Assembly: GCA_963829055.1 (NCBI GenBank)
Contig: CAWHHI010000006.1
Location: 384,001 to 448,000, forward strand
DNA: 64,000 nucleotides
Direction of reading: 5' to 3'
From: an uncultured Gemmatimonadaceae bacterium
GTDB lineage: Bacteria; Gemmatimonadota; Gemmatimonadetes; Gemmatimonadales; Gemmatimonadaceae
Part shown: positions 1 through 11,912 of the stretch, in pieces
Layout: the number at the start of each line of letters is the position of its first letter
Position numbering within the stretch: position 1 is the stretch's first letter
Made by a program: the position numbers and the translations under genes
The notes under the pieces: model-generated
What the model was told of the DNA's origin: nothing
Database searches by the model: none
The model's input: the letters and a program-made list of their open reading frames with translations, nothing else

Positions 1-1319
1 CGCTCGTCGTTGCCGTGCATACGCGTGAGGTCGTCGGCACTGATGGGGTACGGGTAGATGCCGTACACCGGAATGCCCCGCGTGCGCCACGTCGAGGCGT
101 CCGTGCCCGCCTGGAACAGGTACGGGGTCACGTCGGCCGAGAACTGCTGGCGCGCGGATTTCTCCAGCGCGCGATAGAGATCCGTGTTCTCCGACGACGG
201 CGGCGTCACGCTCGCTGCCGCGTTAGGATTCGCCAACTTGATCTCGATAGCCGGATCGCCGACTACGCGCGTCATCTCGCCAACGAGATCAGCGGCGCTG
301 GCGCCGGGAATGAGCCTCGCGTTGATCGTCGCTTCTGCCGAGCCCGGGATGACGTTGCCGCGGAATCCGGCGTTCATGAGCACGGGGGCGAGCGTCGTCC
401 GGATGAGTGCGTGGAACAGCGGGTCCTTGCTGATCTCCTTGTCGGCTCGACGGATGCGTGCAGGGTCACCACTCACGAGATCAGCGAAGAACCCCGACAG
501 CGGCGGCGGGCTCGTCTTCGCCAGCGTCTCGAAGAATCGCCGAGTGGCCGGCGTTAGGTTGACCGGCGTCTCGTAGGTCGAGAGCTTCGCCATCGCCCGT
601 GACAGGGCGAAGATGGCGTTGTCGGGGCGCGGCATCGACGAATGGGTCGACGTCCCCTTCGCCGTGAGCACGATCGGCACAGACACCTTGTCGGCGGTCG
701 AGATGCTGACGTATCGAACGCGACCGTCGGCACCGGTGATGATCCAGCCGCCTTCGTTGAGCGCGAACTCCGCATCGATCTTGTTCCAGTGCTCGGCGGC
801 GAGCCACGACGTGCTGTAGCGCCCGTTCTCTTCGTCGGCCTCGGCGAGGAAGATCACGTCCCGATCGAGCGGCACCTTCCGCTCGGCCAGCATCATCGCG
901 GCGCGGGCGAATACCGCCATACCGCCTTTGAAGTCGATCGCGCCACGTCCGAAGACGTAGCCGTCTTTTACGAGGCCGGCGAACGGGTCGACTGTCCATT
1001 TCTCGCGCTCCACGCCGACGACGTCAGCGTGCGCGGCGATGAGCACGGGCCGCTTCGAGCCGTTGCCGCGCAGGCGGGCAATGAAGTGTGCCTTGCCCGT
1101 GTCTGGTGTCTGGACGATGTCGACGTCGAACCCGAGCGCCTTGAAGCGCGGCGCGAGCAGGTTCGCGATGCCACCTTCGTTGCCGGGCGGGTTCGACGTG
1201 TTGACGCGGATCAGCTCGACGAGCAGTGCTGCCGTGGGATCGCTCGGCGCCTGGGCGGCTGCGGGGCAGACAACAACGAGACTCAGGATCGTGGCAATCG
1301 AGCGAAGCGATCGCGTCAT
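1..1319 (-). CDS. M20/M25/M40 family metallopeptidase, secreted; runs off the left edge
   Basis: Translated by hand (absent from the ORF track because no stop lies in the window): MTRSLRSIATIL...NTSNPPGNE...AAHADVV...GRGAIDFKGG...ADEE...ALNEGG, which are M20 motifs. Confidence 0.9.
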   Translation of the reverse strand, partial: MTRSLRSIATILSLVVVCPAAAQAPSDPTAALLVELIRVNTSNPPGNEGGIANLLAPRFKALGFDVDIVQTPDTGKAHFIARLRGNGSKRPVLIAAHADVVGVEREKWTVDPFAGLVKDGYVFGRGAIDFKGGMAVFARAAMMLAERKVPLDRDVIFLAEADEENGRYSTSWLAAEHWNKIDAEFALNEGGWIITGADGRVRYVSISTADKVSVPIVLTAKGTSTHSSMPRPDNAIFALSRAMAKLSTYETPVNLTPATRRFFETLAKTSPPPLSGFFADLVSGDPARIRRADKEISKDPLFHALIRTTLAPVLMNAGFRGNVIPGSAEATINARLIPGASAADLVGEMTRVVGDPAIEIKLANPNAAASVTPPSSENTDLYRALEKSARQQFSADVTPYLFQAGTDASTWRTRGIPVYGIYPYPISADDLTRMHGNDE

Positions 1320-1321
1320 GT

Positions 1322-1426
1322 TGTCATCCCGAGGAACGTAGTGACGAGGGAGCTTCTCGAACGTCTTCGTGGCCAGGTCGGCTACGATGACATTACACAA
1401 GATCCCTCGCTACGCTCGGGATGACA
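1322..1426. repeat. REP-like palindromic element, TGTCATCCCGAG subtype
   Basis: TGTCATCCCGAG...GAGGGA...TCCCTCG...CTCGGGATGACA terminal inverted repeats; inner CGTGGCCAGGTCGGCTACGATGAC is shared with the copies at 11760 and 17783. Confidence 0.85.
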
Positions 1427-1437
1427 ATACGCTACGC

Positions 1438-1983
1438 TCAGCCTAACGCGGTGACGAACTTCGCGTCAGTCTCGATCTCCTCTGGCGTGTCGCGCGGCGA
1501 GTAGCGCGTCAGGACCCTGCCGTCGCGATTCACCAGGAACTTCGTGAAGTTCCACTTGATGGCTGTGGTGCCGAGCACGCCCGGTGCCTGCGACTTGAGC
1601 ACGGCGTACAGCGGATGCTCGTTCGGCCCGTTGACGTCGATCTTCGAGAACATCGGGAAGGTGACGTCGTACGTGAGCGAGCAGAAATTCCTGATCTCTT
1701 CCTCGTTCCCGGGCTCCTGATTCCCGAATTGATCGGACGGGAAGCCGAGCACGGTCAATCCGCGCGCGTGGTAGCGACGGTAGAGCGTCTCGAGACCCGT
1801 GTACTGCGGTGTGAAGCCACATTTGCTGGCGACGTTCACGATCAGGAGAACCTGTCCGCGGTAGGGCTCGAGTGTCGTCGTTTGACCGTCGATCGTGGTG
1901 ACGGGAATCGTGAATAGCGCACGAGCGCCAGCGTCGCGCTGGCCAACCGACGTGTCGTTCGTGTGTTCCGTATTCGGTTCCAT
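1438..1983 (-). CDS. Glutathione peroxidase family protein (Cys type)
   Basis: LIVNVASKCGFTPQY, GFPSDQFGNQEPG and IKWNFTKFLV motifs; start taken at MEPNTE. Confidence 0.93.
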   Translation of the reverse strand: MEPNTEHTNDTSVGQRDAGARALFTIPVTTIDGQTTTLEPYRGQVLLIVNVASKCGFTPQYTGLETLYRRYHARGLTVLGFPSDQFGNQEPGNEEEIRNFCSLTYDVTFPMFSKIDVNGPNEHPLYAVLKSQAPGVLGTTAIKWNFTKFLVNRDGRVLTRYSPRDTPEEIETDAKFVTALG

Positions 1984-2056
1984 GCCTAACGTCCCCGCGC
2001 GATGCGAGTGATGGCCACGATCTGCGGCGTGATGGCGAGACCACTGAGGAGATGCA

Positions 2057-2545
2057 CTATCGCTTCTCGTCGGGATGACAGGCCATGTCGACGACGACGG
2101 CACTCGCGAGGATGAGCACCGGGTCTTCGCCGTCAGCGATATCGACACCGTATGTGTCGGTGATGCTGAACCATCGCTTCGACACGGACGCGACGGTGTG
2201 CCCGTCGCGCATGAACTCGTACTCGTGGTCGAGGAAGTCACCCTGTGCCTCGAGGTCGTCGGGACCGGGGACGTCGACGGTGAAGCGGCACTTGAAGAGC
2301 GTGAACAGCTCCTTCTTCACGACGGCCGCGAGCTTGCCGCTCCGGAAGACCTCGTACGTCTTTCCCCACGCGAACACCTTCTGCTTGATGTACGCGAGCT
2401 CGTTGCCTTCCATGTCCTGGAACGAGAGCTGGTCACCGAAGGAGAACGCCTTGCCATCGACGAAGAACGCATCTCGTCCCTGTGCGTCCTGAATCGCGAA
2501 GTCGTCGCCCCAGGCGAAGAACTTCTCTTTCATCACATAGCGCAT
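2057..2545 (-). CDS. LURP-one-related / scramblase-like (tubby-C-like) protein
   Basis: MRYVMKEKFFAWGDDFAIQD...VDGKAFSFG...VSKRWFSITDTYGVDI. Confidence 0.8.
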   Translation of the reverse strand: MRYVMKEKFFAWGDDFAIQDAQGRDAFFVDGKAFSFGDQLSFQDMEGNELAYIKQKVFAWGKTYEVFRSGKLAAVVKKELFTLFKCRFTVDVPGPDDLEAQGDFLDHEYEFMRDGHTVASVSKRWFSITDTYGVDIADGEDPVLILASAVVVDMACHPDEKR

Positions 2546-2770
2546 GTCGGGTCGATTCAGGTGGCGGGTTCCGGGTCCCGAGAATGATACTCGCTGCGCG
2601 GTAGCCGGTAGCGCACAGCGAAGAGCCCGGTCATCCGCAGAGGCGCGTTCGACAACCATCTGATCGGAATGACGCCGGAGTCAATCCGGTTGATCCGTCA
2701 GATCCGTTCGCCGCTTGGTCTGAGAGGGTTGCCGAAGCAGTGCCCGGCGTCCTCCGCGGTGAATGTCTAG

Positions 2771-4236
2771 CTAGGGCTGTACGCGAACGACCAGCGACTT
2801 GCCCCGCCACCGCTTTGGATCGACGCCAGGCACGCGCGTCACCGGCCGCTTGCCGCCACGCGGGAAGATCACTTCGACATCCACCGCGGCCTCCGACGGG
2901 AGACCGACGTGAACCGGCATCACGTTCTGCGCGTCGTAGCCTGACCCCGTATCGACGAGCCGAGTGGCGATGAGCCGGTGCGAGCCGGCGGTGAACACGC
3001 GCACCTCGGCGCCCGCGAGCGACGCATGGCCCCGCGAATCGACCACGGATATCGAGAGCGAGCGACGGGCAATGTTCGCGGCAAGATCGTTTCGCAGCAG
3101 CGAGTGCATGCCGTCCGGGCGCGAGCCCGTCAGCGCGAGGTCCATGTCGCCGTCGCGATCGAAGTCCGCCCACTGCACGCCGTGATCCGCCTGCAGCGCC
3201 TTCACGTTCTCGGGTGTCACGTCCTCGAATTTCGTGCCGGTGTTGCGGTACAGGTAGTCGCGATAGCTCACGCCGCCCGTGACCGTGCCGTTCACGTACA
3301 TGTCGAGCCGGCCGTCGTTGTCGAAGTCAGCCAACGCGCACGCGTCATCGTGCGACTCGATGTCGAGGCCCCACGCGGCGGACGCGTCCTCGAACTTTCC
3401 GCCGCCTCGGTTGAGGAACAGCCCCCTCCGTCCGTAGTTCGCCGTGACGATGTCGATGTGGCCGTCGCCGTTCACGTCCGCGGCGCAGGGTCGCACCGTG
3501 CCGTTCGTCGAGTCGTTAGGCATTCGCCCTCCCCACGCGACGCCACGCTCGGCCGCCACGTCGCTGAACTTTCCGGCGTCGTTGCGGTAGAGCGCGTTCG
3601 CGTCGCCGTCCATGTTCGCGAGGTAGAGGTCGAGGTCACCGTCCTCGTCGAAGTCGAACCACACGGCGCCGACGCTCTTCCGGCGGTCCGCGAGACCGAC
3701 GTCGGCCGCGACATCGGCGAACTTGCCGGCATCGTTCCGGAACATCACGTTAGGCCGATCGCGAAACGCGACGAACAGGTCGACGTCTCCGTCCCCGTCC
3801 GTGTCGACGAACGAGAGCTGGCGAACAGCGCCCGAGTCGCGTGCCACGCCAGCGGCCGCGGTCACGTCCGTGAACTTGCCGGCGTCGTTCCGATAAAGCT
3901 TCAGTACCGACTGAGGCCCAGGGGCGAATCCGACGAGGAGGTCGGGATCACCATCGCCGTCGTAGTCGCCCCACGCGCCGGCGCGTGTCGCGCGCGCGTC
4001 CGCGACGCCGGCAGCCGCTGCCGCATCGACGAGCGTTCCGGCATCGTTCCGGTAGAGTCGATTCGCCACGCCATTGAACCCGACGAACAGATCGACGTCA
4101 CCATCCCCGTCGTAGTCCGCCCACGCGTTCACGAGATTGCCGCCCGTGCGCCAGCAGGTCGGGCTGCACCGCGGTGAACCGCGGCGGCTCGAGCAGGAGC
4201 AGCGAGGCGATTGCGACCGCGAGCGAGAGGTTTCAT
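2771..4236 (-). CDS. CRTAC1-family FG-GAP repeat protein with ASPIC/UnbV C-terminal domain (indels near 5' end)
   Basis: Repeated W-x-D-(Y/F)-D-x-DGD-x-DL motifs; C-terminal GSGYDAQN...VHVGL; ATG overlaps the upstream TGA at 4233-4236. Confidence 0.85.
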
Positions 4237-5839
4237 CGAGCCCACGGCACCTGAGTTGATCGATAGAAGTTCACGCCTAACGCCGACAGCCGCGGTCCCT
4301 GCTCGCCGAGCCGACGCGAAAGGCGTCCCAGTCGCGCGCGGCCTGCGGCGACCATCCCACTTCCGCCAGCGCCGCGAGGCGCGGGAACGCCATGTACTCG
4401 TAGTCCTCGAGCTTGACGAGCGTCTCCGCCCAGAGCGGTGCCTCGACGCCTAACAAGCCGGCCTCGGGGACATCGGGTAACAACGTGGCAGGGTCCCAGT
4501 CGTACGCGTCCCGCACCTCGATCAGCCCGGCCCACTTGAGGCCGAGTACCGTTGCGCTGTCGTACTTCATGTCGAGGTACGTCTTCGGGCCTGGCGACAG
4601 GATGACCTTGCCACCGCGCGCCACGTGAACGGCGGCCGAGTCTCGCTTCCAGTGCTGCACGATCGTGTTCGCCGCGAGACTTCGCCGGCGCGATCTCGCC
4701 CCACCCGATCATCTGCTTGCCATTGGCGGCAACGATGCCCTGCACGCGCTCGACGAATCTCAGATACTGATCGTGCGTGAGCTTCTGCACCTCGTCGCCG
4801 CCCATGTGGAAGTACGGCGTGGGCACCAGCGCGGAGATCTCGCGGACGACGTCGTTGATGAACGTGTACACCGAGTCCTTCGTCACGCATAACGCGCTGA
4901 AGCCGACTTTCGTGCCGGTGTAGAGCGGGGGAGCCACGCCGTTGCAGTTCAGCTCCGGATAGGATGCGAGCGCCGCATTGGTGTGCCCGGGCATGTCGAT
5001 TTCGGGCACGACGGTGACGAAGCGGCTCGTCGCGTAGGCGACGATGTCCGAGAACTGCGCCTGCGTGTAGATAACCACCCGGCCCGCCACCCACCTGCGA
5101 GCTCCCTCCGATGGCGGCGAGGTTTGGCCGCGAAACGATCTCGATCCGCCACCCCTGATCGTCCGCGAGGTGCAGGTGCAGACGGTTCAGCTTGTACAGC
5201 GCGAGCAGATCGATGTAGCGCTTCACCGCTTCGGCATCGATGAAATGGCGCGAGACATCGAGCATCGCGCCGCGCCACGCGAACCGCGGCACGTCGCTGA
5301 TGCGAGCGCCTGTCATTCTGAGACGACGTTCGATGGCGCCACGATGCTCGATGGACCACGGCAGCAGCTGCCGGATCGTCTGCACACCGTAGAACAACCC
5401 GTTAGGCTGCGCGGCGGTCAGCGATGACGCCGTCTCGCGCCACGGCGAGCTCGTAGCCCTCGAGCCCGAGCGCGGTCTTGGACGGATCGAGCGCCAGCAG
5501 AATGCTACGCGGCGGCGCGGCCTCGCCCTCGGCGAGCGTTCGTGGCGGGAGGCGCCAGTGGGTCCGCCGAGCATGGTCGCGAGGTAGCTCGCGATCCGCT
5601 CGGCCCCAGCAGCCCCCGCCTGACGCGACGACCACTGCGGTGGTCGAGTCGATCGGTGAACGTGTCGGCGGGCGTACATCTGCATCGACGACGGCACCGG
5701 GACGATCGCGTGGATTGGACGCGCCGCGGCCACCGCGACGGGTGCCGTTACTGGTGGCGTCCGTCGCCCGCACGCCGTTGCCGTGAACGACGACGGCGAG
5801 CATGATCGCTCGGTCATCGCGGAGCTACGCTCCGACCAT
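4233..5839 (-). CDS. Beta-N-acetylhexosaminidase, GH20 (several frameshifts)
   Basis: Fragments PRFAWRGAMLDVSRHF, HLHLADDQGWRIEI, PEIDMPGH, FHMGGDE, GVEAPLWAE, FPRLAALAEVGWS. Confidence 0.9.
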
Positions 5840-5863
5840 GTCCACCTCGGTTAGTCTGATTCG

Positions 5864-7868
5864 CTATTTCGGGGTCAGTCCTGCTGCTTCGTACAACGCC
5901 TTCGACTCGTAGACGCGCCCCGCACGCACCACACGCTCGGTACGCCGGAGGTCCGTGATCCGCTCCGCCGGCTTCCCGTTCACGATGGCCAGATCGGCGA
6001 TCTTGCCGGGAGCGATACTACCATAATCCTTGTCATCCTTCATCACTCGCGCGGGGACGATCGTCGCGATCTGAAGCACGGCCGAGGCGGGGATGCCAGC
6101 GCGCTCGTAGACCTCGAGCTCTCCGTGGAGCGACAGGCCGGGGACGTTGTCCGTTCCGGGAATGAGCGTCACGCCGGCGTCGTACAGCCGCTTGAGCATG
6201 CGACGATAGTTCGCGCTCCCGGCTTCCGCACGCGCGGCTGCCTCAGGCGAGTCGGCTGGCCCTTCGCGCCATTCCGCGCTTCATGAGCGGCGGCATCCAG
6301 TCGAGCGTCGGTCCGAAGATCGGATCGTTCCCGTCGGGCAGCGGGTGCGAGCGATCCTGCCAGACGTTGAACGTTCCGTCCACCACCGTGTGCCGGTCGC
6401 GCAGAAACGAGATGAGCTCCGTGACCTGTGGCGCGTTCACGTCGAACGTCGGCGCGACGGCGGTCGCGACCTCCGGAGTACGCGCGCATTCGTCGGGACG
6501 TAGAGCGAGTCCTGGTAGAACGTGGAGAACAGGAAAGCGGCGTGCTGGAACTCGTCGTACCCGAGCTTGATGGCGGACTCGCACGGTGAGCCCGCGCGGG
6601 ATGTGCCCGCTCAGCCGCATGCCGCGCTTGTGCGCCTCCTCGGCGATCGTCGGCACGAGGTCAGGGTGTACGAGGTTGTAGAGCTTGATCTGCTTGTAGC
6701 CTAACGAGTCGTAGCGCGCCACCCAGGCGCGGGCCTCGTCCTCGGTGCGCACGAGCACCTCGCTCGGGCCGGCCCAGCGTGCCGGGGCCTTCGATGAAGC
6801 CGGCGAGGATGATGCGTGGCGAGAGCATCGTCCCGAGCCGAGCACGCTCGCGTTGCGAGACGGCGGCGTCGATGTCGGATGCCATGTCGCGCACCGACGT
6901 GATGCCCGCCGCCAGCTGCATCAGCCCGCTCTCTTCGCCGGTGAGGAACAGATGCGTGTGCATGTCCCACAGGCCGGGAATGACGGTCTTGCCCGTGGCA
7001 TCGATGACCGTCGCGCCGGCCGGTGTCTTCGACGGAGTCGCTCGGGCCGACGGCGGTGATGCGGTCGCCGGTGATGACGACGGACGTTCGCGGTCGGACG
7101 ACGCCCGCTCGCTGTCGAAGACGTTGCCGTTCCGGATGACGAGCGACTTCGGCGCCGGCGGCGTTAGGCGTCGCGCGATGGCCTCGGACTTCGTGATTCG
7201 AAGTGCGCTTCTCGATCTCGCGGAGCGCAGGCAGCACGCTCAGCCGCGTCGCGCGGCACGGTGATGAACCACTCGGCCCCGGTCGCGAAGAGCTCCTCCG
7301 GATTCGTCGAGCCAGACGGCGCTCGGTGGAGGTCGAGAGCCCGTCGATGAAGACGAGACGAATGCGCTTCTGCGCGCCGCCGACCGAGACGGTCGTGTCG
7401 GCGACGACTTCGGCGCGTCCGACTCCGTCCGGGATAGCAGCTCGAGCCGAGCGCTGCGGACGGCCGAGCAGGTAGTTGGCGCAGCCGCGCGTCGTCGTAC
7501 GGGGAGGTGGCGTCGAGAACGAAGAATGGAGCGTCGCTCGCTCGCGAACGAGGTGGTGTCCTCGCCGACGACCGACCGAACCGAGTCGCCGGTGAAGTCC
7601 ACGCGTTGCGTGACGTCGCCGAGTGCGCCTTCGGGGGTGACGCTACGAGTCTCGAGCGAGACGAGCTCGCCGTTCGCGGTACGAGTATCGGGTCTCGAAT
7701 GCGCGGCCCGCGCTGCCGATCCTGGTAGCGGAAGCGGACGATGATCGAGTCGCCGGCGGAGACGACGTGCATCTCGCCGGCGGGTCGCCCGTGGTTGAGG
7801 ACGATGTAGTGGGTCGAGTCGGCGGGCGGATGCGCGACCGCGAGGGCCAGAGCGAGGAGGGGGATCAT
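5864..7868 (-). CDS. Secreted amidohydrolase family protein (several frameshifts)
   Basis: Signal peptide MIPLLALALAVA; DMHTH; QIKLY; GTDN; GSIAPGKIADL. Confidence 0.8.
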
Positions 7869-7980
7869 TGACGCCAGGGAGGGTGGAGCGTTGAGCGAAC
7901 TTCCGGGGACAACGATCGTGCGTCAATGGCTGGGGACGATTGACGCGGAGCGATTCCTCAACGTCACGGTGCCGGGGCCT

Positions 7981-8284
7981 GGTGGGAACTACGATGGCGC
8001 GGATCTGTACCGTGAAACTACCGGATACGGCTTTGTATTCAGCGCATCATCGCGCCGCGGTCGGTGGGAACGACGATTTCGCGGATGACACGGAAAACGG
8101 CCGGATACGGCTTTGCATCGACGCTGGCTCTCGCCGGACCCTGAACTAAGGGGACGGCCGCTCGGGAGATTCCTGCGTCCCGAGCGGCCGTTCCCAAACA
8201 GTCCGGGCTCGTTGCGTGAGGAGCCGGACCTACTGAGCGCTATCCTGATTCTTCCGTTTCATCCGCGTCATCGCAGTTCCCACC
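7981..8284. repeat. Intergenic repeat: two direct copies plus one inverted copy of a GGTGGGAAC...GCGGAT unit
   Basis: Copies start at 7981 and 8063 and share CCGGATACGGCTTTG; 8242-8284 is the reverse complement of the first part. Confidence 0.75.
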
Positions 8285-8320
8285 GGCCCCGCGCAACGAT
8301 GCCGGGAATGCAAAGCCGGG

Positions 8321-8446
8321 CTGTCATTCCGAGCGGAGCGCGCGAAGCGCGCGCGAGTCGAGGAATCCTCGGCCGTGCGGGTAGAGGGCCCCTCGACCGG
8401 GACGTCAAGGATTCCTCGACTCGCTGCCGCTCGCTCGGAATGACAG
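8321..8446. repeat. REP-like palindromic element, TGTCATTCCGAG subtype
   Basis: CTGTCATTCCGAGCG...AGTCGAGGAATC...GGTAGAGGGCCCCTCGACC...GATTCCTCGACT...CGCTCGGAATGACAG. Confidence 0.88.
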
Positions 8447-8545
8447 TCCGGCTGTTTTGCAGTTCATCCGCCAAATCGTAGTTCTCACCGGCCCCGGCGC
8501 GATGATGCCAAGGCCCGGAGCGTGACGAAGCCAGCATCGTCGTTC

Positions 8546-8595
8546 TTGACTTCAGCGCGCCATCACCTCACTCTATACAGAACCTGTAAGGAGTG
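8546..8595 (+). promoter_or_regulatory. Putative sigma70 promoter and palindromic operator of padR-1
   Basis: TTGACT-n17-CACTCT overlapped by the imperfect palindrome CACTCTATACAG-AAC-CTGTAAGGAGTG, which includes the RBS. Confidence 0.55.
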
Positions 8596-8601
8596 TAGCG
8601 G

Positions 8602-8940
8602 GTGGCCGAACCGCTGGCGGTACTGCGAGGGACACTCGACGTCCTCGTGCTCAAGGCGCTGACCTGGGGGCCCATGCACGGCTTCGAGATCACCGCCTGG
8701 ATCGAAGCCCGGGCGACCGGCAACCTCGACATCGTCGACAGCGCGCTCTATCAGTCGCTCTACCGGCTCGAGGAGCGGCGCGCCATCACCGCCGACTGGG
8801 GTGTCACCGAGAACAACCGGCGCGCGCGCTACTATAGTATCAGCCCCGTCGGCCGCGCCGAGCTTCGCGCCGAGACCGCGCGCTGGAACCGGTACGCCGA
8901 GACGGTGACCGGCATCCTGAACACCCCGCAGCCGGCCTAA
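8602..8940 (+). CDS. padR: PadR-family transcriptional regulator (acidobacterial type)
   Basis: GTLDVLVLKAL...MHGFEI...LYQSLYRLE...WGVTENNRRARYYSI. Confidence 0.93.
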   Translation: MAEPLAVLRGTLDVLVLKALTWGPMHGFEITAWIEARATGNLDIVDSALYQSLYRLEERRAITADWGVTENNRRARYYSISPVGRAELRAETARWNRYAETVTGILNTPQPA

Positions 8941-8945
8941 CGCCG

Positions 8946-11683
8946 ATGCTGCCGCCGCGCATTCGCCGAGCGCTCCGCATTCCAGTCGGTCGCCGTCGCA
9001 CCGTCGAGATCGAGACGGACGACGAGATTCGCTTCCACCTCGCCATGCGCGCGGACACGCTGGTCGCGAGCGGGCTGTCGCGCGAGGCCGCTGAAGCCGA
9101 AGCGCTGCGGCGGTTCGGCGCGCTCGAGGAAGTTCGCCCTCAATTGCTCGCCGCGGCACGACACCGTGAGGAGAGTCTGACCATGTTCGAGCGCTTCGAC
9201 GCGCTGCGGGACGACGTCCGCTACGCGCTGCGCCAGCTTCGGCGCGCACCCGGCCTTCAGTGCAGCGCTCGCGCTGACGTTCGCGCTCGGCATCGGCGCG
9301 AATGCGACGATGTTCGAGATCCTCGATCGGTCTGCTGTTCCGTCCGCCCGCATACATGCCTGACGCGGATCGCGTCGGCCGCGTGTACCTGCGTCGTCCG
9401 CGCGGTGATGGGACCGAGCGCATCGACAACAACATCAGCTATCTCCGCTACACGGAGTTGCGCGATCACACCCGCGCGTTCGCTGCTGACGGCAGCCATC
9501 TATCAGGACGACCAGCGCATCGTCGGCTCGGGCGACAACGCGGAAGCACTCGCGGTGGGGCTGGTGAGCGCGAGCTTCTGGTCGCTGTTCGACGCCCGCC
9601 CGGAGCTCGGGCGGTTCTTCACCGCCGATGAAGATCGCGTGCCTAACGGCGCGACCGGTCGTCGTGCTCGGCTACGGTTACTGGCAGTCGCACCTCGGCG
9701 GCGAGCCGATCCGTGCTCGGACGCCAACTGCGCGTCGGTGGGCGGCAGTACACGATCATCGGTGTCGCGCCGAAGGGATTTCACGGTGTCTGGGCGACGA
9801 CGACGGCTGCGTACGTGCCGATCACGTCCGCGGCAGTGGACATGGGCGGTACGGACCGCTACTACCTGCAGCACAATATGTCGTGGCTCGAGATGATCGC
9901 GCGTCTCAAACCCGGCGTGTCGCCGGAGGTCGCGAGTGCGGAGCTCACGCGCGCCTACCGACAGAGCCGAGTGGACGCCGCCGCGACACAGCCGAAGGCG
10001 CAGCCTGTTCGGCCGCAGGATCTCGCGCTTGACGCGTGGCCAGTTCGCTCCGCTGCCGATGGATCGCGGGCCGAAGGCGTCGGACAGCGCGACGGTGGCC
10101 ACGTGGCTGGCCGGCGTGTCGGTCATCGTGCTGCTCATCGCGTGCGCGAACGTGGCCAACCTGCTGATCGCTCGTGGCATCCGCCGTCGTCGAGAGATCG
10201 CCGTTCGCATCGCGTTAGGCGTGAGCCGGAGCCGCCTGGTAGCGCAGCTTCTCACCGAGAGCGTCGTCGTCGCGGTGCTCGGCGGCGATGCTCGGGCTTG
10301 CGCTGGCGCACTGGGGCGGGGGCGCGATCCGCCGACTGCTCCTGCCGGAACGTGGATTGGTCGCTCGTGCCGGTGTTCGATGCGCGCGTGCTCCTGTTCA
10401 CCGGAACGGCAGCGATCGTCACCGGCCTGCTGACGGGGCTCGCGCCGGCCATGCACGCGCTTCGCTCCGACGTCAACGGCGCACTCAAGGCAGGCGAGCG
10501 GGAAGGCGGTGGACAACGAGCCCGAATTCGTACCGTCCTCCTGCTCTCGCAAGCGTCCCTGTCCGTCGTGCTGCTCGTCGGTGCCGCACTGTTCGTGCGC
10601 AGCCTGCATAACGTGGAAACGTTGCACCTCGGCTGGGATCCCGATCGCCTCGTGCATGTCGGATTGGACCTTCGCGGCCTCGAGATCAAACCGGAGGAGC
10701 GACGGGCGCTTCTGCAGCGCGCCGTGGAACGCGCGCGCGCGATGCCGGGCGTCGTCGAGCGTTTCCACGTTGATGAGCGTGCCGTTCTGGAGCACGTGGT
10801 CGGACAACGTGTTCGTCCCCGGAATGGACTCCGCGGATCACCAGCGGACGTTCGTGGTGAATCCCGTGGGCGATGACTTCTTTCCGACGATGGGCACACG
10901 CCTGCTGCGCGGCCGCGCCGTGAGCTCATCCGATCAGGAGAACGGACCAAAGGTCGCTGTGGTCAGCCAGTCCATGGGGAAGCTGCTGTGGAAGGGGAAG
11001 GATCCGATCGGCCAGTGCTTCCGACTCGGCGCGGACACGGCGCCGTGTCGCGAGGTGGTCGGCGTCGCCGAGGACATGACGTTCGGCGACATCAAGGACG
11101 ACGACGGCCTGCAGCTCTATATCCCGGCATCACAGGAACAGAACACAGGTACGATGGTGGTGCGCACGACCGGTGATCCACGTGCCATGGTCGTGCCGCT
11201 TCACCGGGAGATCCAGCGGCTGCTGCCGGGTATGGGCTACGCGCAGGTGCGGCCGCTCGCGTTCGTGCTCGATTCCGTTCTCCGCCAGTGGCGACTGGGC
11301 GCGACGATGTTCACGATCTTCGGCGTTCTGGCACTCGTGCTCGCGGCCGTCGGGCTGTACGGCGTGATCGCCTATGACGTCGCGCAACGCATGCGCGAGA
11401 TGGGCGTGCGGGTCGCGCTCGGCGCCCAGGCCTCGGACATTCGTCGGCTCGTGCTCTGGCAGGGCATGCGGGTCACGTCGGTCGGGAGTCGCGTTAGGCG
11501 TGGTGATCGCGTTCGTGACGGTGCAAGTACGTCGAGAAGCTGCTGTTCGCGACGCCGGCTCGAGATCCGCTCGCGTTCGGCGCCGCGGCGCTCGCAATTG
11601 TGCTGGTCTCGGTGTTCGCGACACTCATCCCCGCACGGCGCGCGACACGGGTGGATCCGATGGTGGCGCTGAGAGCGGAGTAG
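8946..11683 (+). CDS. Duplicated orphan ABC permease (ADOP; MacB/FtsX domains), frameshifted
   Basis: [19 protein letters not shown] segment, [34 protein letters not shown]-terminal [11 protein letters not shown]. Confidence 0.9.
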
Positions 11684-11700
11684 GCCGATCGAGGCCATAG

Positions 11701-11910
11701 GAAGGAGGCCGGAGGAAGGAGGACGGCGGAGGGCGGAGGCGGACGGCGGAGAAACAGCGTGTCATCCCGAGCGTAGCGACGAGGGACCTTCTGCGAACGT
11801 ACTCGTGGCCAGTCGGCCACGATGACTTCACAGAAGGTCCTCGTCGCTGGCGCTCGGGATGACACCGCTTTCCCAGCCTCCTTCCTCAGGCCTCCTTCCT
11901 CCTTCCTCCG
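11701..11910. repeat. REP-like element (11760-11864) nested inside purine-rich / pyrimidine-rich inverted arms
   Basis: TGTCATCCCGAGCG...CGCTCGGGATGACA core; flanks GGAGGAAGGAGG... and ...CCTCCTTCCTCC; lies between convergent genes. Confidence 0.85.
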
Positions 11911-11912
11911 GT

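Noticed and set aside
2978..4177. Long antisense and alternate-frame ORFs (also 12655-13695, 18327-19325, 32196-33461, 58501-59541)
   Set aside because: Shadow ORFs of real genes in GC-rich DNA; Arg/Ala-rich with no recognisable motifs
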